A stretch of DNA of 64,000 nt from Planctomycetota bacterium (lineage in GTDB: Bacteria > Planctomycetota > JAJSAM01 > JAJVHW01). Below, piece after piece: positions 37,742 to 46,331 of the stretch (position 1 is its first letter; each line of letters begins with the position of its first letter). The position numbers were made by a program, and so were the translations under genes. The notes beneath the pieces were generated by a model. That model saw only the letters and a list, made by a program, of their open reading frames with translations, had not been told where the DNA came from and searched no databases. Location: NCBI GenBank assembly GCA_965248445.1, contig CBDFJG010000004.1, positions 448,001-512,000 on the forward strand, in the 5' to 3' direction.

Positions 37742-37758
37742 GTCATACAATGTATGAC
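37742..37758. promoter_or_regulatory. Perfect palindromic operator overlapping a TACAAT -10 box
   Basis: GTCATACA-A-TGTATGAC in the divergent intergenic region before the lysis cassette. Confidence 0.6.
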
Positions 37759-37787
37759 ACACACGCATTCCGAGGAGGACGACCGCG

Positions 37788-38489
37788 ATGCAGGACAGCT
37801 TCAAGAACCCCCTTCAGTCGATGACAGTCTGGGGCGCCGTACTGATGCTCTTTGCCTGGCTGAAGACGAAGTACGGGTGGGACGCGACCGAGAGTCAGCT
37901 CGAGTCCTACGCGACGATCGGCTTGCCGATCGTGCTGACGGTGATCGGTCGGTTCCGCGCGACGTCGCGCGTGACGATGACCGGTGCACCGGCAGCACTG
38001 CTCGTCTGCACGCTGGTGGTCGCCGGCTGCGGCGTATTCGACGGGAAGCAGGCGAAGACGACCACCGCCGCCCCAGTGACGGCTCAGGCGGCAGAGACCG
38101 TCGGCCGAACGCAGGGCCAGAGCGTCGCGTTCGTGTTCGCGGATCAACAGCTGCTCTGGGACATCCGGTTCCCCGAGGACGTCCTCGACGACCTGACGGA
38201 CGAGCAGAAGCAGAACCGCGACGCGCGCGGCGAGAAGGCCCTTCTGCTGATCGAGACGGCGATGGACAAGTTCGCGCTGGACGACACGGCGACGAACGCC
38301 GAGCGGTTGAAGATGATGATCGCGATGCAGGAGTTCGCGAAGGGCGTCGGTACTGCGACCGGCTCGCTCGTGACGGTGTCGCTGGATCACGCCCAGATTT
38401 CCAACAACGGCGACGCAGCGGGCCTCGGGGGTGAGGGCGGGACGCCGGCCGAAGATGACCCGGAGAAGCCGGACGCTGACGGTCTGTGA
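37788..38489 (+). CDS. Holin-like membrane domain fused to a lipoprotein domain
   Basis: KNPLQSMTVWG...TVIGRFRA two-TM holin-like pattern, then hydrophobic segment with lipobox VAGC (Cys81). Confidence 0.55.
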   Translation: MQDSFKNPLQSMTVWGAVLMLFAWLKTKYGWDATESQLESYATIGLPIVLTVIGRFRATSRVTMTGAPAALLVCTLVVAGCGVFDGKQAKTTTAAPVTAQAAETVGRTQGQSVAFVFADQQLLWDIRFPEDVLDDLTDEQKQNRDARGEKALLLIETAMDKFALDDTATNAERLKMMIAMQEFAKGVGTATGSLVTVSLDHAQISNNGDAAGLGGEGGTPAEDDPEKPDADGL

Positions 38490-38677
38490 GTTGGTGGGAC
38501 GGGCTGAGAGACCGCCTGCGCAAGCGCTGGCGCACGAACGTCCTCGGCGTGTTCTCCAAGTCGATCGCGAACGGCGTGCGGGACGACTGGAAGCCGTTCC
38601 GGCAGCAGTTCCTCGCAAGCATCGAGAACGGGGAAGACCCGGCCACAGCGTTTGACCGGGTCTTTCTCGGGAGCTGA
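38486..38677 (+). CDS. Small hypothetical protein
   Basis: Overlapping start; amphipathic basic N-terminus. Confidence 0.5.
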   Translation: MSWWDGLRDRLRKRWRTNVLGVFSKSIANGVRDDWKPFRQQFLASIENGEDPATAFDRVFLGS

Positions 38678-38710
38678 CACAACGGGGCATCCGACCACGA
38701 GGAGGCTCAC

Positions 38711-38995
38711 ATGGCCGGGACGAAAGCACAGGCACCCGTCATCCGCTGGAAGGAAGTGCTGCCGTGGGTCCTCGCGGGCGCCGCGGCGATCGGCACGTTC
38801 TTCTCGTTCAAGTCTGAGTTCGAGGCACACGTGAAGAAGCCTGCGCACGCCGCGGCTGACCGGCGCCTCTACTCGATCGAGCAGTTCCATGCCGCCCAGG
38901 GCGTGCGGTGGGATCGCCAGGACGAGCGGTGGACAGAGCAGAAGGACGTGAACGCCAAGGTGCTGAACGGGATCGAAGACCTGAAGGAGCGATAG
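38711..38995 (+). CDS. Single-TM coiled-coil protein (lysis cassette)
   Basis: RBS GGAGG; N-terminal TM, C-terminal helix. Confidence 0.6.
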   Translation: MAGTKAQAPVIRWKEVLPWVLAGAAAIGTFFSFKSEFEAHVKKPAHAAADRRLYSIEQFHAAQGVRWDRQDERWTEQKDVNAKVLNGIEDLKER

Positions 38996-38996
38996 C

Positions 38997-39086
38997 GTGC
39001 TGACTCTCTGCTTCATCGCCCTGGGCGTCGGAGTCGTGGTCTACGTCGTGGCAGACTTGGCGCTGCACCCGCGCGCTACGACGTAG
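38997..39086 (+). CDS. 29-aa single-TM peptide
   Basis: MLTLCFIALGVGVVVYVVADLALHPRATT, RBS AAGGAG upstream. Confidence 0.4.
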   Translation: MLTLCFIALGVGVVVYVVADLALHPRATT

Positions 39087-39196
39087 CTGCTGTTCCTGGG
39101 CGCATCTCGCGCGACGGGACCTACACACGAGCGTCGCGGCGAACCGCAGCGTGTCGAAGTCTCGCCCGCCGGAAGTCAGAGGCTAAGAAGCGCGCG

Positions 39197-39625
39197 TCAC
39201 CACGTGACGCCGACGTTGCAGCCGGACTCGGTCTGCGCCCACTGCCGGCGGACCCTCAGGTCGTTCACCAGCTTGTCGTCGTCCCAGAACTGCAGCTCCG
39301 TGAGCGCGTCCAGGACCGCCTTCGCGAGGTTGTCGATGTCCGGCTTCTTCTCGTGCACCGCTGGCGCAGAAGGCTTCAGCTTCCCGGCGTTGCGGCCGGT
39401 TCCGAAGTGCGCCTTCGGGCGGCGTAGGTAGAAGGTCAGCGAGACCGTGATCGCGGACGAGACGGGCGCCTCAGGGCGGTGCTGCTCGGACGCGACGGCG
39501 ATCTGGGACTTCCACCACTCCGCAGTCGCGGGGTCGTACACGCGTGCATGGCCGCCGCGTGAGAACGCCTTGGGACGGGGCTGGCCCTTCGGGTCGCCTC
39601 GCACGAAGAACTGCACGTACGGCAT
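39197..39625 (-). CDS. rusA: RusA-family Holliday junction resolvase
   Basis: GDPKGQPRP, KPDIDNLAKAVLDAL...WDDDKLV. Confidence 0.92.
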   Translation of the reverse strand: MPYVQFFVRGDPKGQPRPKAFSRGGHARVYDPATAEWWKSQIAVASEQHRPEAPVSSAITVSLTFYLRRPKAHFGTGRNAGKLKPSAPAVHEKKPDIDNLAKAVLDALTELQFWDDDKLVNDLRVRRQWAQTESGCNVGVTW

Positions 39626-39655
39626 TGGGGATCTCCTCGCACTCCCGGGCGTTGC

Positions 39656-39693
39656 CAGGCCCCCGAAACGGGAGTCATCCCGCCGGGGGCCTG
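39656..39693. terminator. Intergenic hairpin
   Basis: CAGGCCCCC/GGGGGCCTG outer and CGGGA/TCCCG inner stems. Confidence 0.4.
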
Positions 39694-39715
39694 TGAGAGT
39701 CGATTGCGAGGACGA

Positions 39716-40462
39716 TCACCCGTAGACCGGGATGTCGGACACGTTCTTGACGAGCCACTCCTTGATCCCGTCGATCGCCTCGAGTCGCCAGAGGCCGCCG
39801 TCCGCGGGGAAGAGAGCGACGGTCGGGAGACGCGCGTCACCACCACCACGCAGGCGCAGGATGAACTCGGAGGCCGGCTGAGAGACCTCCGCGAACGTGC
39901 GCCACGGCACGAGGACCACCGGGTTCGGCACCGTGACGTTGATGCTACCGACGACGCCCTTGCGTGCCGTCGCCGTCTGCGTGACGCCGTCGTCTTCGAG
40001 CGTGCGAACGGCTTCTTCGCGGACGGTGCCGATGAGCGCGAGCACCTTGGACCGGTCGCCGCGATCCTCGAAGCAGGACTGCATCTCGATCGTGAACGTC
40101 TCGGGGTCCTTCCATTCCTTGAAGCGGACGTTCGGCAGGAGCGGCTCGGCGGTGGCGAGGCTCGTGCTCTGATGGCGATCGCCGAAGACACCGGTGCGCA
40201 GAAGCACCTCCGTGGGCCCCACGACGTGCACGAAGACGCCGCCTCGGGGCGCGGAAAACGGCTGGTGGAACGCGGATTGCGCGAACTCGGCGAAGCTCTG
40301 CAGCGTCGTGAGGTTCAGCGCCTTCGGCGTGGGCTCGGGCTTGCGTGGGTCGTGCAGCTCGACCGTCGAATACTCGCGGCCGTCCACGGACAGGATGCGG
40401 CCGGCTTTGTCGGCCAGCGCCGCCACGGCGTCGACAGCGCCGACGTCCAGGAGCTCTTCCAT
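39716..40462 (-). CDS. Conserved phage hypothetical protein
   Basis: EDDGVTQTATARKG, PNPVVLVPWRTFAEVSQPASEF, ADGGLWRLEA. Confidence 0.75.
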   Translation of the reverse strand: MEELLDVGAVDAVAALADKAGRILSVDGREYSTVELHDPRKPEPTPKALNLTTLQSFAEFAQSAFHQPFSAPRGGVFVHVVGPTEVLLRTGVFGDRHQSTSLATAEPLLPNVRFKEWKDPETFTIEMQSCFEDRGDRSKVLALIGTVREEAVRTLEDDGVTQTATARKGVVGSINVTVPNPVVLVPWRTFAEVSQPASEFILRLRGGGDARLPTVALFPADGGLWRLEAIDGIKEWLVKNVSDIPVYG

Positions 40463-40515
40463 GTGATCCTCTATCTCCGCGCAGCGCGCGGCGTGGGGTG
40501 TGCGGGTGACGGGTG

Positions 40516-40902
40516 TCAGACGGCCTTGGCGGCCGAGTCCTCCGCGCTGCCGGCGTCACCGACGGTGCGGATCTGGTCATCTCTGTCGAACTTGATCTGA
40601 AGCTGATTCGGGTCGTTCACGACCACGACGGGGCCGCCTCTCAGTCGCCCCATGTGGACGATGCCGCCAGCGCCCTTGGCAGGAGCGGGCTTCGTCTTCA
40701 CGTCGGTCGTGACGATCGAGGCGTCTCGATCCTCGTTGGGGGCGAACGTCACCGTCAGGGTGATCGTGCGCTTCGTGTTCCACTTCGTGTTCGGGTCGAA
40801 GATGTTCTCGGCCACCTCGGCGAGCGCGGCCTGGAACATCTCCTCGGCGGCGCCCTTGCAGAGCGTCTGGAGGGTCAGGGGTGTCGGGTCGTCGGTGTTC
40901 AT
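40516..40902 (-). CDS. Conserved small phage protein, usual upstream partner of the preceding gene
   Basis: GAAEEMF...VAENIFDPNT...KRTITLTVTFAPNEDR. Confidence 0.7.
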   Translation of the reverse strand: MNTDDPTPLTLQTLCKGAAEEMFQAALAEVAENIFDPNTKWNTKRTITLTVTFAPNEDRDASIVTTDVKTKPAPAKGAGGIVHMGRLRGGPVVVVNDPNQLQIKFDRDDQIRTVGDAGSAEDSAAKAV

Positions 40903-41183
40903 GCGGTCGTCCCTTCCTCTTGGGGTTCGTTCGCCGCGGCCGCGAGCGCGACCTGGCGCAGCGTTCCGCGCTGTTCGTCCGACACCTTGCCGAACGTCGC
41001 GCGCAGCTTGGCGATGAGCGTGTGACGTTCGGGCGTCGTCGGGTCCAGGGCCTCGTCGATCAGCGACGTACGCTGCGCCGCGGTCCTGCCCTGCAGGGCA
41101 ACGCACACGTTCGCCATGTGCGTCTCGAACTTCACGGGGCCGCGCTTGCGCTTCGGCTTCGTGACTGGGGTTTCCTCTGACAC
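40899..41183 (-). CDS. Hypothetical protein (ribbon-helix-helix-like)
   Basis: Overlapping stop/start; RBS GAGGA. Confidence 0.5.
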   Translation of the reverse strand: MSEETPVTKPKRKRGPVKFETHMANVCVALQGRTAAQRTSLIDEALDPTTPERHTLIAKLRATFGKVSDEQRGTLRQVALAAAANEPQEEGTTA

Positions 41184-42397
41184 TTCTTGTCCTCCTCCTC
41201 AGGAGCTGGCGCGTACGCCGAAAACGTGGCACTCGGGACTCTCCCGATCAGCGGTTCGGTCACGGTCTCTGGTACGAGACCGGTCCGAATCGCGAGCGAG
41301 TCGGCGAGGTCGCGAATGCCCTCAGCCGTGATGCTGGCGCCGGGGAATGCCTCAGCGAGTTGCTGGTCACTCGCGCCGTCGGAGCGCAGCTGCGCGATCG
41401 TGCGCATGACGCCATGGGTGATCCGCGTGCTCGTCGTGGGGCGATATCCGAGGACCCTCCCGTTGCCGAGGTCGATCGGGCCGTCCTCCGCTGTCGTGCG
41501 CAGTTCCCGCTCGAGCGTTCCGATGCCCGCCTTCGCGGCCAGGAAGTAGAGCGCGCGCTGCTGGTCCGTGCCCTTCTCGGGCACACCCGCCGCCATGGCG
41601 GTCGTCCAGGCATCGCACGGAAAGAGAGCGCATGACGCGCCACACGCCGCCCCGATCGTCTGCGGGAACTCCCCCGCCGCGTGCGCTGCGATCATCCGCT
41701 CGCGACCCGACCGCAGGTAGACACGGGTCGCCTCCTCCCACGGGTCGCCGCGCTTCAGCACAACGGACGCCCGCTGGCCGACGCGTAGGTTCCATATCTC
41801 GAACTTGACCTCGGGCATGCCAGGGAGGGTCGCGAGGGCGGCGAAGCAGTAGATGCGCACCTGCCAGCGTCCGATCAGGCTGTCGTTCGCGATGCGCTGG
41901 AACCCGCTCTTGAGGTCGCGGACCAGGAGTTGCGGATCCTCGACCGTCTTGCCGGGCCAACGGAGGTAGTCGTATCGTCCGGCGTACGCGGCCCCCGGCG
42001 GATGCGGCTCCCCGCGCGCGTCAAGCGCGACGAAGTTCTCGTCCAGCGCCCAGGCCATCTCGACCCCGACGTCGTATCCGCGCGGCCACGACGCCCACGG
42101 GAACCCGTCCAGCGACGTCATATTGGTGACGACCTCAATGGCGGACATGAGCCCGTCGTCGCTCATCGGTTCCGGGCCGCGCTGCCACTGCTCCAGCGCC
42201 TCGATGCCAACCGCGCGCGCGTCTGCGTCTCGGTCCACCGCGAGCCGTTCCATGATGCGCTGCGCGGCCTCGTGGATCGCGGAGCCGCGCCGGAAGGGCT
42301 CGTAGCGCACGCGCATGTCGTGGACGTACTGCGCTTCGTAGGAAGCTGGACAGTCCATGTAGACAGCGACGCTCGACTGGTGGGCGACGACGGTCAC
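41132..42397 (-). CDS. PD-(D/E)XK (RecB/Cas4-like) exonuclease
   Basis: YMDCP, RGSAIHE, GRYD, VRDLKSG, QVRIY, CGASC...PC. Confidence 0.85.
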   Translation of the reverse strand: MTVVAHQSSVAVYMDCPASYEAQYVHDMRVRYEPFRRGSAIHEAAQRIMERLAVDRDADARAVGIEALEQWQRGPEPMSDDGLMSAIEVVTNMTSLDGFPWASWPRGYDVGVEMAWALDENFVALDARGEPHPPGAAYAGRYDYLRWPGKTVEDPQLLVRDLKSGFQRIANDSLIGRWQVRIYCFAALATLPGMPEVKFEIWNLRVGQRASVVLKRGDPWEEATRVYLRSGRERMIAAHAAGEFPQTIGAACGASCALFPCDAWTTAMAAGVPEKGTDQQRALYFLAAKAGIGTLERELRTTAEDGPIDLGNGRVLGYRPTTSTRITHGVMRTIAQLRSDGASDQQLAEAFPGASITAEGIRDLADSLAIRTGLVPETVTEPLIGRVPSATFSAYAPAPEEEDKKCQRKPQSRSRSASAAP

Positions 42398-42852
42398 GGG
42401 AGGGCGGGCTCCATGCGCGCCGCCTTGGCGATTCGGTCGTAGGCCACGATGCTCCCCGCCGTCGCCACGTTCAGGCAGTACTCGCCCGGAAGCACGACCA
42501 GGTGGTGGCAACGCGCGAGGATCGACGGCGGGAGGCCGTGGTCCTCGGCGCCCAGGAGGTACGCGGCGCGCTCGGGGTGCTCGAACCTGCCGAGAGGCGT
42601 CGCCGCGTCGTGCAGTTCCACACCGACCAGCGGGCACGAGTACGGGAGCCCGTCAACGAGCGCGTCGATGTCGGGGTACTCGATGAGCGGGACGTGTCGC
42701 CACGCCTTCGTCGTGTCGCTCGACTGGCGGTCGTACCGCGCCCCCACCGTGAACAGGAGCGCCGCGCCGAAGGCATGCGCGGTACGCCAGAGCGTCCCGA
42801 TGTTCACGGCGTGCTTCGGGTGGTAGACGCCGACGGCGAAGAACCCCCGCAT
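42394..42852 (-). CDS. SpoU/TrmH-family RNA 2'-O-methyltransferase
   Basis: NIGTLWRTA, LGAEDHGL, CLNVATAGSIVAYDR SPOUT motifs. Confidence 0.92.
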   Translation of the reverse strand: MRGFFAVGVYHPKHAVNIGTLWRTAHAFGAALLFTVGARYDRQSSDTTKAWRHVPLIEYPDIDALVDGLPYSCPLVGVELHDAATPLGRFEHPERAAYLLGAEDHGLPPSILARCHHLVVLPGEYCLNVATAGSIVAYDRIAKAARMEPALP

Positions 42853-43721
42853 CAGTACGCAGGCGCGTCCGGGTCGAAGTCGAGGTCGAGTGGAGCGCCG
42901 AGCTCCTGGGCCGCCTCCCCTGGATCTGGCGCGGCTGGAGGCGGCAGGCTCTCGCCGCTCTCCGCGACTCCGGGCGCAAGTGGACCCGTTGGCGCCGCAC
43001 CCGGCTCCTCGTCGGCAGACGCGACGTGTTCCTGCGTGGAAGACCTGTCAGCCTCCTCGCTCGCTGTCGGGTTGACAGCCGCCTCGTCCGCCGACGCGAT
43101 GCCAGACATCTCGATCACGGGCGTGACGTCCACGGGGACGGTCTTCACGTCCGGCTCCGCGGGCACTCCGTCGCGCGATCCGATGCCGCGCGCCTCGTCC
43201 TCGTCCATGACGTAGATTCCGAAACACCGGCGGATGCCCTGGGACGCCGCCTTGTGCGCGAGCATCCGGGCGGGGTGCGAGTTCCACGGTCCGGTGTCGA
43301 GGTAGCACTCGGAGTACCACTCGCGCCACACGAACGGGCCGAGACCGGCCGCCGTCCGCTTGTGCGTGTGAATGCGGATCTCCGCCCACTTCCCGCGCGT
43401 CTCGTGTTCGCCGTCCGCCTCGTCGTGCGCGATGTAGTCCGGGTTGGCGTGCATGAGATGGAGCCAGCCGTCCACCGGGATCACGATCTGCACGCCCTTC
43501 TTCGTGGGCATGGTGTAAATCTGACGAAGGATCGGGTTCAGCCCGTGCTCCTTCGCGACCATCAGCAGGCCCATGAAGTGTGCGTTGTCGGCACCCTTGC
43601 AGCCGCACATCGACTTGATCGCGGAGAGGTACGCGCCGGGCTCCATGTCGTGCGCCGCCGCCATCGAGACGACGAGTGAGAGCTTCTCGGGGGTCTTCGC
43701 CTTGGCGAGTTCGGTGGTCAT
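42852..43721 (-). CDS. RecT/Bet-like single-strand annealing protein
   Basis: VAKEHGLNPILRQIY, VDGW, PWNSHPARMLAHKAASQGIRRCFG. Confidence 0.9.
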   Translation of the reverse strand: MTTELAKAKTPEKLSLVVSMAAAHDMEPGAYLSAIKSMCGCKGADNAHFMGLLMVAKEHGLNPILRQIYTMPTKKGVQIVIPVDGWLHLMHANPDYIAHDEADGEHETRGKWAEIRIHTHKRTAAGLGPFVWREWYSECYLDTGPWNSHPARMLAHKAASQGIRRCFGIYVMDEDEARGIGSRDGVPAEPDVKTVPVDVTPVIEMSGIASADEAAVNPTASEEADRSSTQEHVASADEEPGAAPTGPLAPGVAESGESLPPPAAPDPGEAAQELGAPLDLDFDPDAPAY

Positions 43722-45007
43722 GCGCTCACCGCTTCCCGAACCGCGCCTTCCACGATCTCGACGCACCCGGGCACGTCCGTCGCCACGCGCTCGACCCAGA
43801 GCTGCAGGCCCTCCTCACGCGCGAACGCGAGGATCTCCGCCATCGACGCCGGATCCAGCGCGTTGCCGTCACGCACCAGGACAACACGCAGCCGGCCGGC
43901 CATCGCCGCCGCGACGCGGACCGACGCGCGGATCTGCTCTGACGTCGAAGCCGCCGCGAAGGGGCGTCCGTTGAGCAACACCCCGTCCTCGTCGATCGCG
44001 AGCCCCTCCGCGGGCAGCGCGACGGACGCGAGCACTTCGGCCTTCTTGGCGTCGAGCGACGCGATCGTGTCCGTGAGTGACCTCACCGAGGCGCTGAGTC
44101 GCCCGTGACGCTCTTGGTTGTCCACGAGGACCCGGTTGTCGGACTCCGCCTGGGCCGCGCCCTCGTTCGCGGACGAGGCCGACGAGATGCTCTCGCGGAG
44201 CGCGTCGACGTCGAGCGCCTCGCCGTTCTCGGCCAAGTACGCCTCTGCTCGAGCGATCCGGTCCTCCTGCTCCTGCGCCTTGTCCTGCAGGCGCTCGATC
44301 TGGCTCTCGATCTCGGTGATCGTCTCGCGGGCGTTGGTGATCGCTTTCTCCGCCTCGGCGCGACGCGATGTCACGTGCTCGGCGGACTGCAGCGCCGCAA
44401 TCTGGGCGTCGACGTCCACGCGCGCCGGCACCTCGACGGGGACGCGCCCGTCGGTGAGCGCGCTCGCTTCCTTGAGCGCCCGCGAGACGTTCGTCCGCTC
44501 CGCGAACACCTCGTCGCGCTCGCGCTTCCACGCCTCGAGGTCGATCGGCAGAGGAGCGATCTCAGCCAGCATCCGCAGGCGTTCCTTATCCGCAGCCGCA
44601 GCGGTCTTCGCGCCCGGCGGCTGAGCGAATTCGACCGGATCGATGCACGCACCGAGGAGCTGGTCGATCACGCGCTGCGGCTTCCCCTGCCGAACCCCGT
44701 CCGCGTTCTTGACGAACAGCTTCTCGCGGCCATCGACGAACAGCTTCTCGATCACGAGCTCCGGTCCGTCGGGGCCACCGAGCGTCAACGTGAACGCACC
44801 GTTCTTCGCGCCGTCCCTGATCGGACGAGCTGGCGCCGCGCTGGATCCACCAAGCGCCGAGTCGATGGCTCGTATCACGCTGGTCTTCCCCTGACCGTTG
44901 CTGCCGCTCAGGACAACGGAGTCACCGCTCGGCTCCAGCTGCACGGCCGTCAGCCGACAGAAGTCGCGGGCCGTCAGTTCCAGGATCGTCATGGGTTGCT
45001 CGCTCAC
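43718..45007 (-). CDS. SMC/Rad50-like AAA ATPase
   Basis: GSNGQGKTS Walker A, coiled coil, ASTSEQ signature, VLVRDG Walker B. Confidence 0.88.
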   Translation of the reverse strand: MSEQPMTILELTARDFCRLTAVQLEPSGDSVVLSGSNGQGKTSVIRAIDSALGGSSAAPARPIRDGAKNGAFTLTLGGPDGPELVIEKLFVDGREKLFVKNADGVRQGKPQRVIDQLLGACIDPVEFAQPPGAKTAAAADKERLRMLAEIAPLPIDLEAWKRERDEVFAERTNVSRALKEASALTDGRVPVEVPARVDVDAQIAALQSAEHVTSRRAEAEKAITNARETITEIESQIERLQDKAQEQEDRIARAEAYLAENGEALDVDALRESISSASSANEGAAQAESDNRVLVDNQERHGRLSASVRSLTDTIASLDAKKAEVLASVALPAEGLAIDEDGVLLNGRPFAAASTSEQIRASVRVAAAMAGRLRVVLVRDGNALDPASMAEILAFAREEGLQLWVERVATDVPGCVEIVEGAVREAVSA

Positions 45008-45336
45008 GGTGTCTCTCCCGGTTTCCAAGTCATTGCCTTCGACTTCATCACCCGGCACTCGCGCACCGGACCGTTCACGACGAGCCCCAGTTCCCGCAGC
45101 TCCGGCAGGCGGCGCGACGGCGCGTGTCGTTCCATCTCGACGCCCTTCGCGATCTCCGCCGCTGTGCGTCCCGGGTGCGCGGTCACCCACGCGAGGATGG
45201 TCTCCCGCTGACGTGCTGCGCGTCCGCGCGCCTTGTTGGCGGCGAGGTGGCTCGTGAGATTGTCTGTCGCTCGTGCCCGTGGAGACGGGGGCGTGTCGAA
45301 GAGGGACCGCTGACGGATCACGCGATGTGCTCCCAT
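45004..45336 (-). CDS. Winged-helix DNA-binding protein
   Basis: ARATDNLTSH.AA, TAAEIA...SRRLPELRELGLV. Confidence 0.7.
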   Translation of the reverse strand: MGAHRVIRQRSLFDTPPSPRARATDNLTSHLAANKARGRAARQRETILAWVTAHPGRTAAEIAKGVEMERHAPSRRLPELRELGLVVNGPVRECRVMKSKAMTWKPGETP

Positions 45337-45938
45337 CGCTTCCGCAGGACGATCTTGCTAATCGCTCCGTGCCACACCCCGTACCTCTCCGCAAGGCGCT
45401 GCTGCGTGCCCCTGGGAGCGCCCGGCCCGCACACGCGGCGGATGTAGCGAACATTGTCAGCGGTGAACTTCGCGTGGCAATGCCGCTCTCCGCGCTGTGA
45501 CCGACCACGCTCCACCATGCCGCGGAGGTTGTCGGCTGGCGTACCGACGACGAGGTGCGCTGGGTTCACGCAGGGCGGGTTGTCGCATTGGTGACACACG
45601 AAGAAGCCCGGCACGACTGTCGCGCGATGATGCAGCTCCCACGAGACAACATGGGCACCCGCATTCGTTCGGCAGTTGCGGCGAGACGATGCGTTGATCC
45701 GTCCGTACCCTGCGGGCTGCCGCGAGCCCGTCCACAGCCAGCACTCGTCGGGGGCGGCGCGCTCAACCTTGTCCCAGAAGCGTTCCTCGAACGTCGGCCG
45801 CGCGCGTCGGGGGCAAGCGCACATCCATCGGTACTGACGTTGCCCCTGCCGGACGCCACTGGACCGCTGCGACACTCCGCAATGGGGGCACGCAGCCGGT
45901 CCGTTGTCGATCTTGGACGGGACGCGGGGCCTGCTCAT
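45318..45938 (-). CDS. HNH endonuclease
   Basis: RFWDKV, CWLWTG, AHVVSW, VCHQCDNPPCVNPAHL..GT..DN. Confidence 0.9.
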   Translation of the reverse strand: MSRPRVPSKIDNGPAACPHCGVSQRSSGVRQGQRQYRWMCACPRRARPTFEERFWDKVERAAPDECWLWTGSRQPAGYGRINASSRRNCRTNAGAHVVSWELHHRATVVPGFFVCHQCDNPPCVNPAHLVVGTPADNLRGMVERGRSQRGERHCHAKFTADNVRYIRRVCGPGAPRGTQQRLAERYGVWHGAISKIVLRKRWEHIA

Positions 45939-46177
45939 GCGCCACACCCGCACGGCGTCCCGCATGGCGGCTCGCCCGTCTGCTGACTCATCCTGATCTC
46001 GTCTGCGGTCGGCGGGACCTCGCCCGTGCCCCGGCACGCCTCGCAGTAGCCGTGCGCCGCTGCGATCTCGGGGTGCGCGTCCTTGCAGGCGTCGAGCACG
46101 TCGACTAGGACGCGCCGGTTCTTGACCGTCCCGTCAGCCAGCGTGAGGCGAGCGGCGATGAACTCGCGGTGGTTCAC
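45935..46177 (-). CDS. Small phage hypothetical protein
   Basis: GTG 46177; CEACRGTG motif; overlapping junctions. Confidence 0.5.
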   Translation of the reverse strand: MNHREFIAARLTLADGTVKNRRVLVDVLDACKDAHPEIAAAHGYCEACRGTGEVPPTADEIRMSQQTGEPPCGTPCGCGA

Positions 46178-46317
46178 GACTCGCCTCGGCGCGCGTACTC
46201 CTCGCGCAGAATGACCCCGGCGACAAGATCCAGCCCTGCGCTTGGGTCTCCGGCCCCGTGTCCGACGCGGCACGACACTTCCGACTTGAGGCGAAGCGCC
46301 GCCCGCGCGATCCACTC
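46174..46317 (-). pseudogene. Headless 3' remnant of a phage gene at the right junction
   Basis: EWIARAALRLKSEVSC...LREEYARRGES*; no start codon upstream of the junction before an in-frame stop at 46387-46389. Confidence 0.45.
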
Positions 46318-46331
46318 ACGAACTCGACGAG

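Larger units (their letters stand above)
8778..46317. mobile_element. Siphovirus-type prophage, apparently truncated/defective (no integrase or repressor seen)
   Basis: Contiguous packaging, head, tail and lysis genes on + strand and early recombination genes on - strand; boundaries inferred from broken genes. Confidence 0.9.

Noticed and set aside
41132..42397. Cas4/CRISPR system
   Set aside because: No repeat-spacer array or other cas genes seen; the nuclease sits beside RecT as a phage recombination exonuclease
8777..42852. Link between the tRNA break after G18 and the phage SpoU enzyme (TrmH methylates G18)
   Set aside because: No mechanism connects RNA methylation to a DNA junction; treated as coincidence
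8778..46317. Gene transfer agent interpretation (DUF2460/BR0599-like tail, no integrase)
   Set aside because: Retains early recombination genes, homing elements, morons and broken junctions, which fits a truncated prophage better
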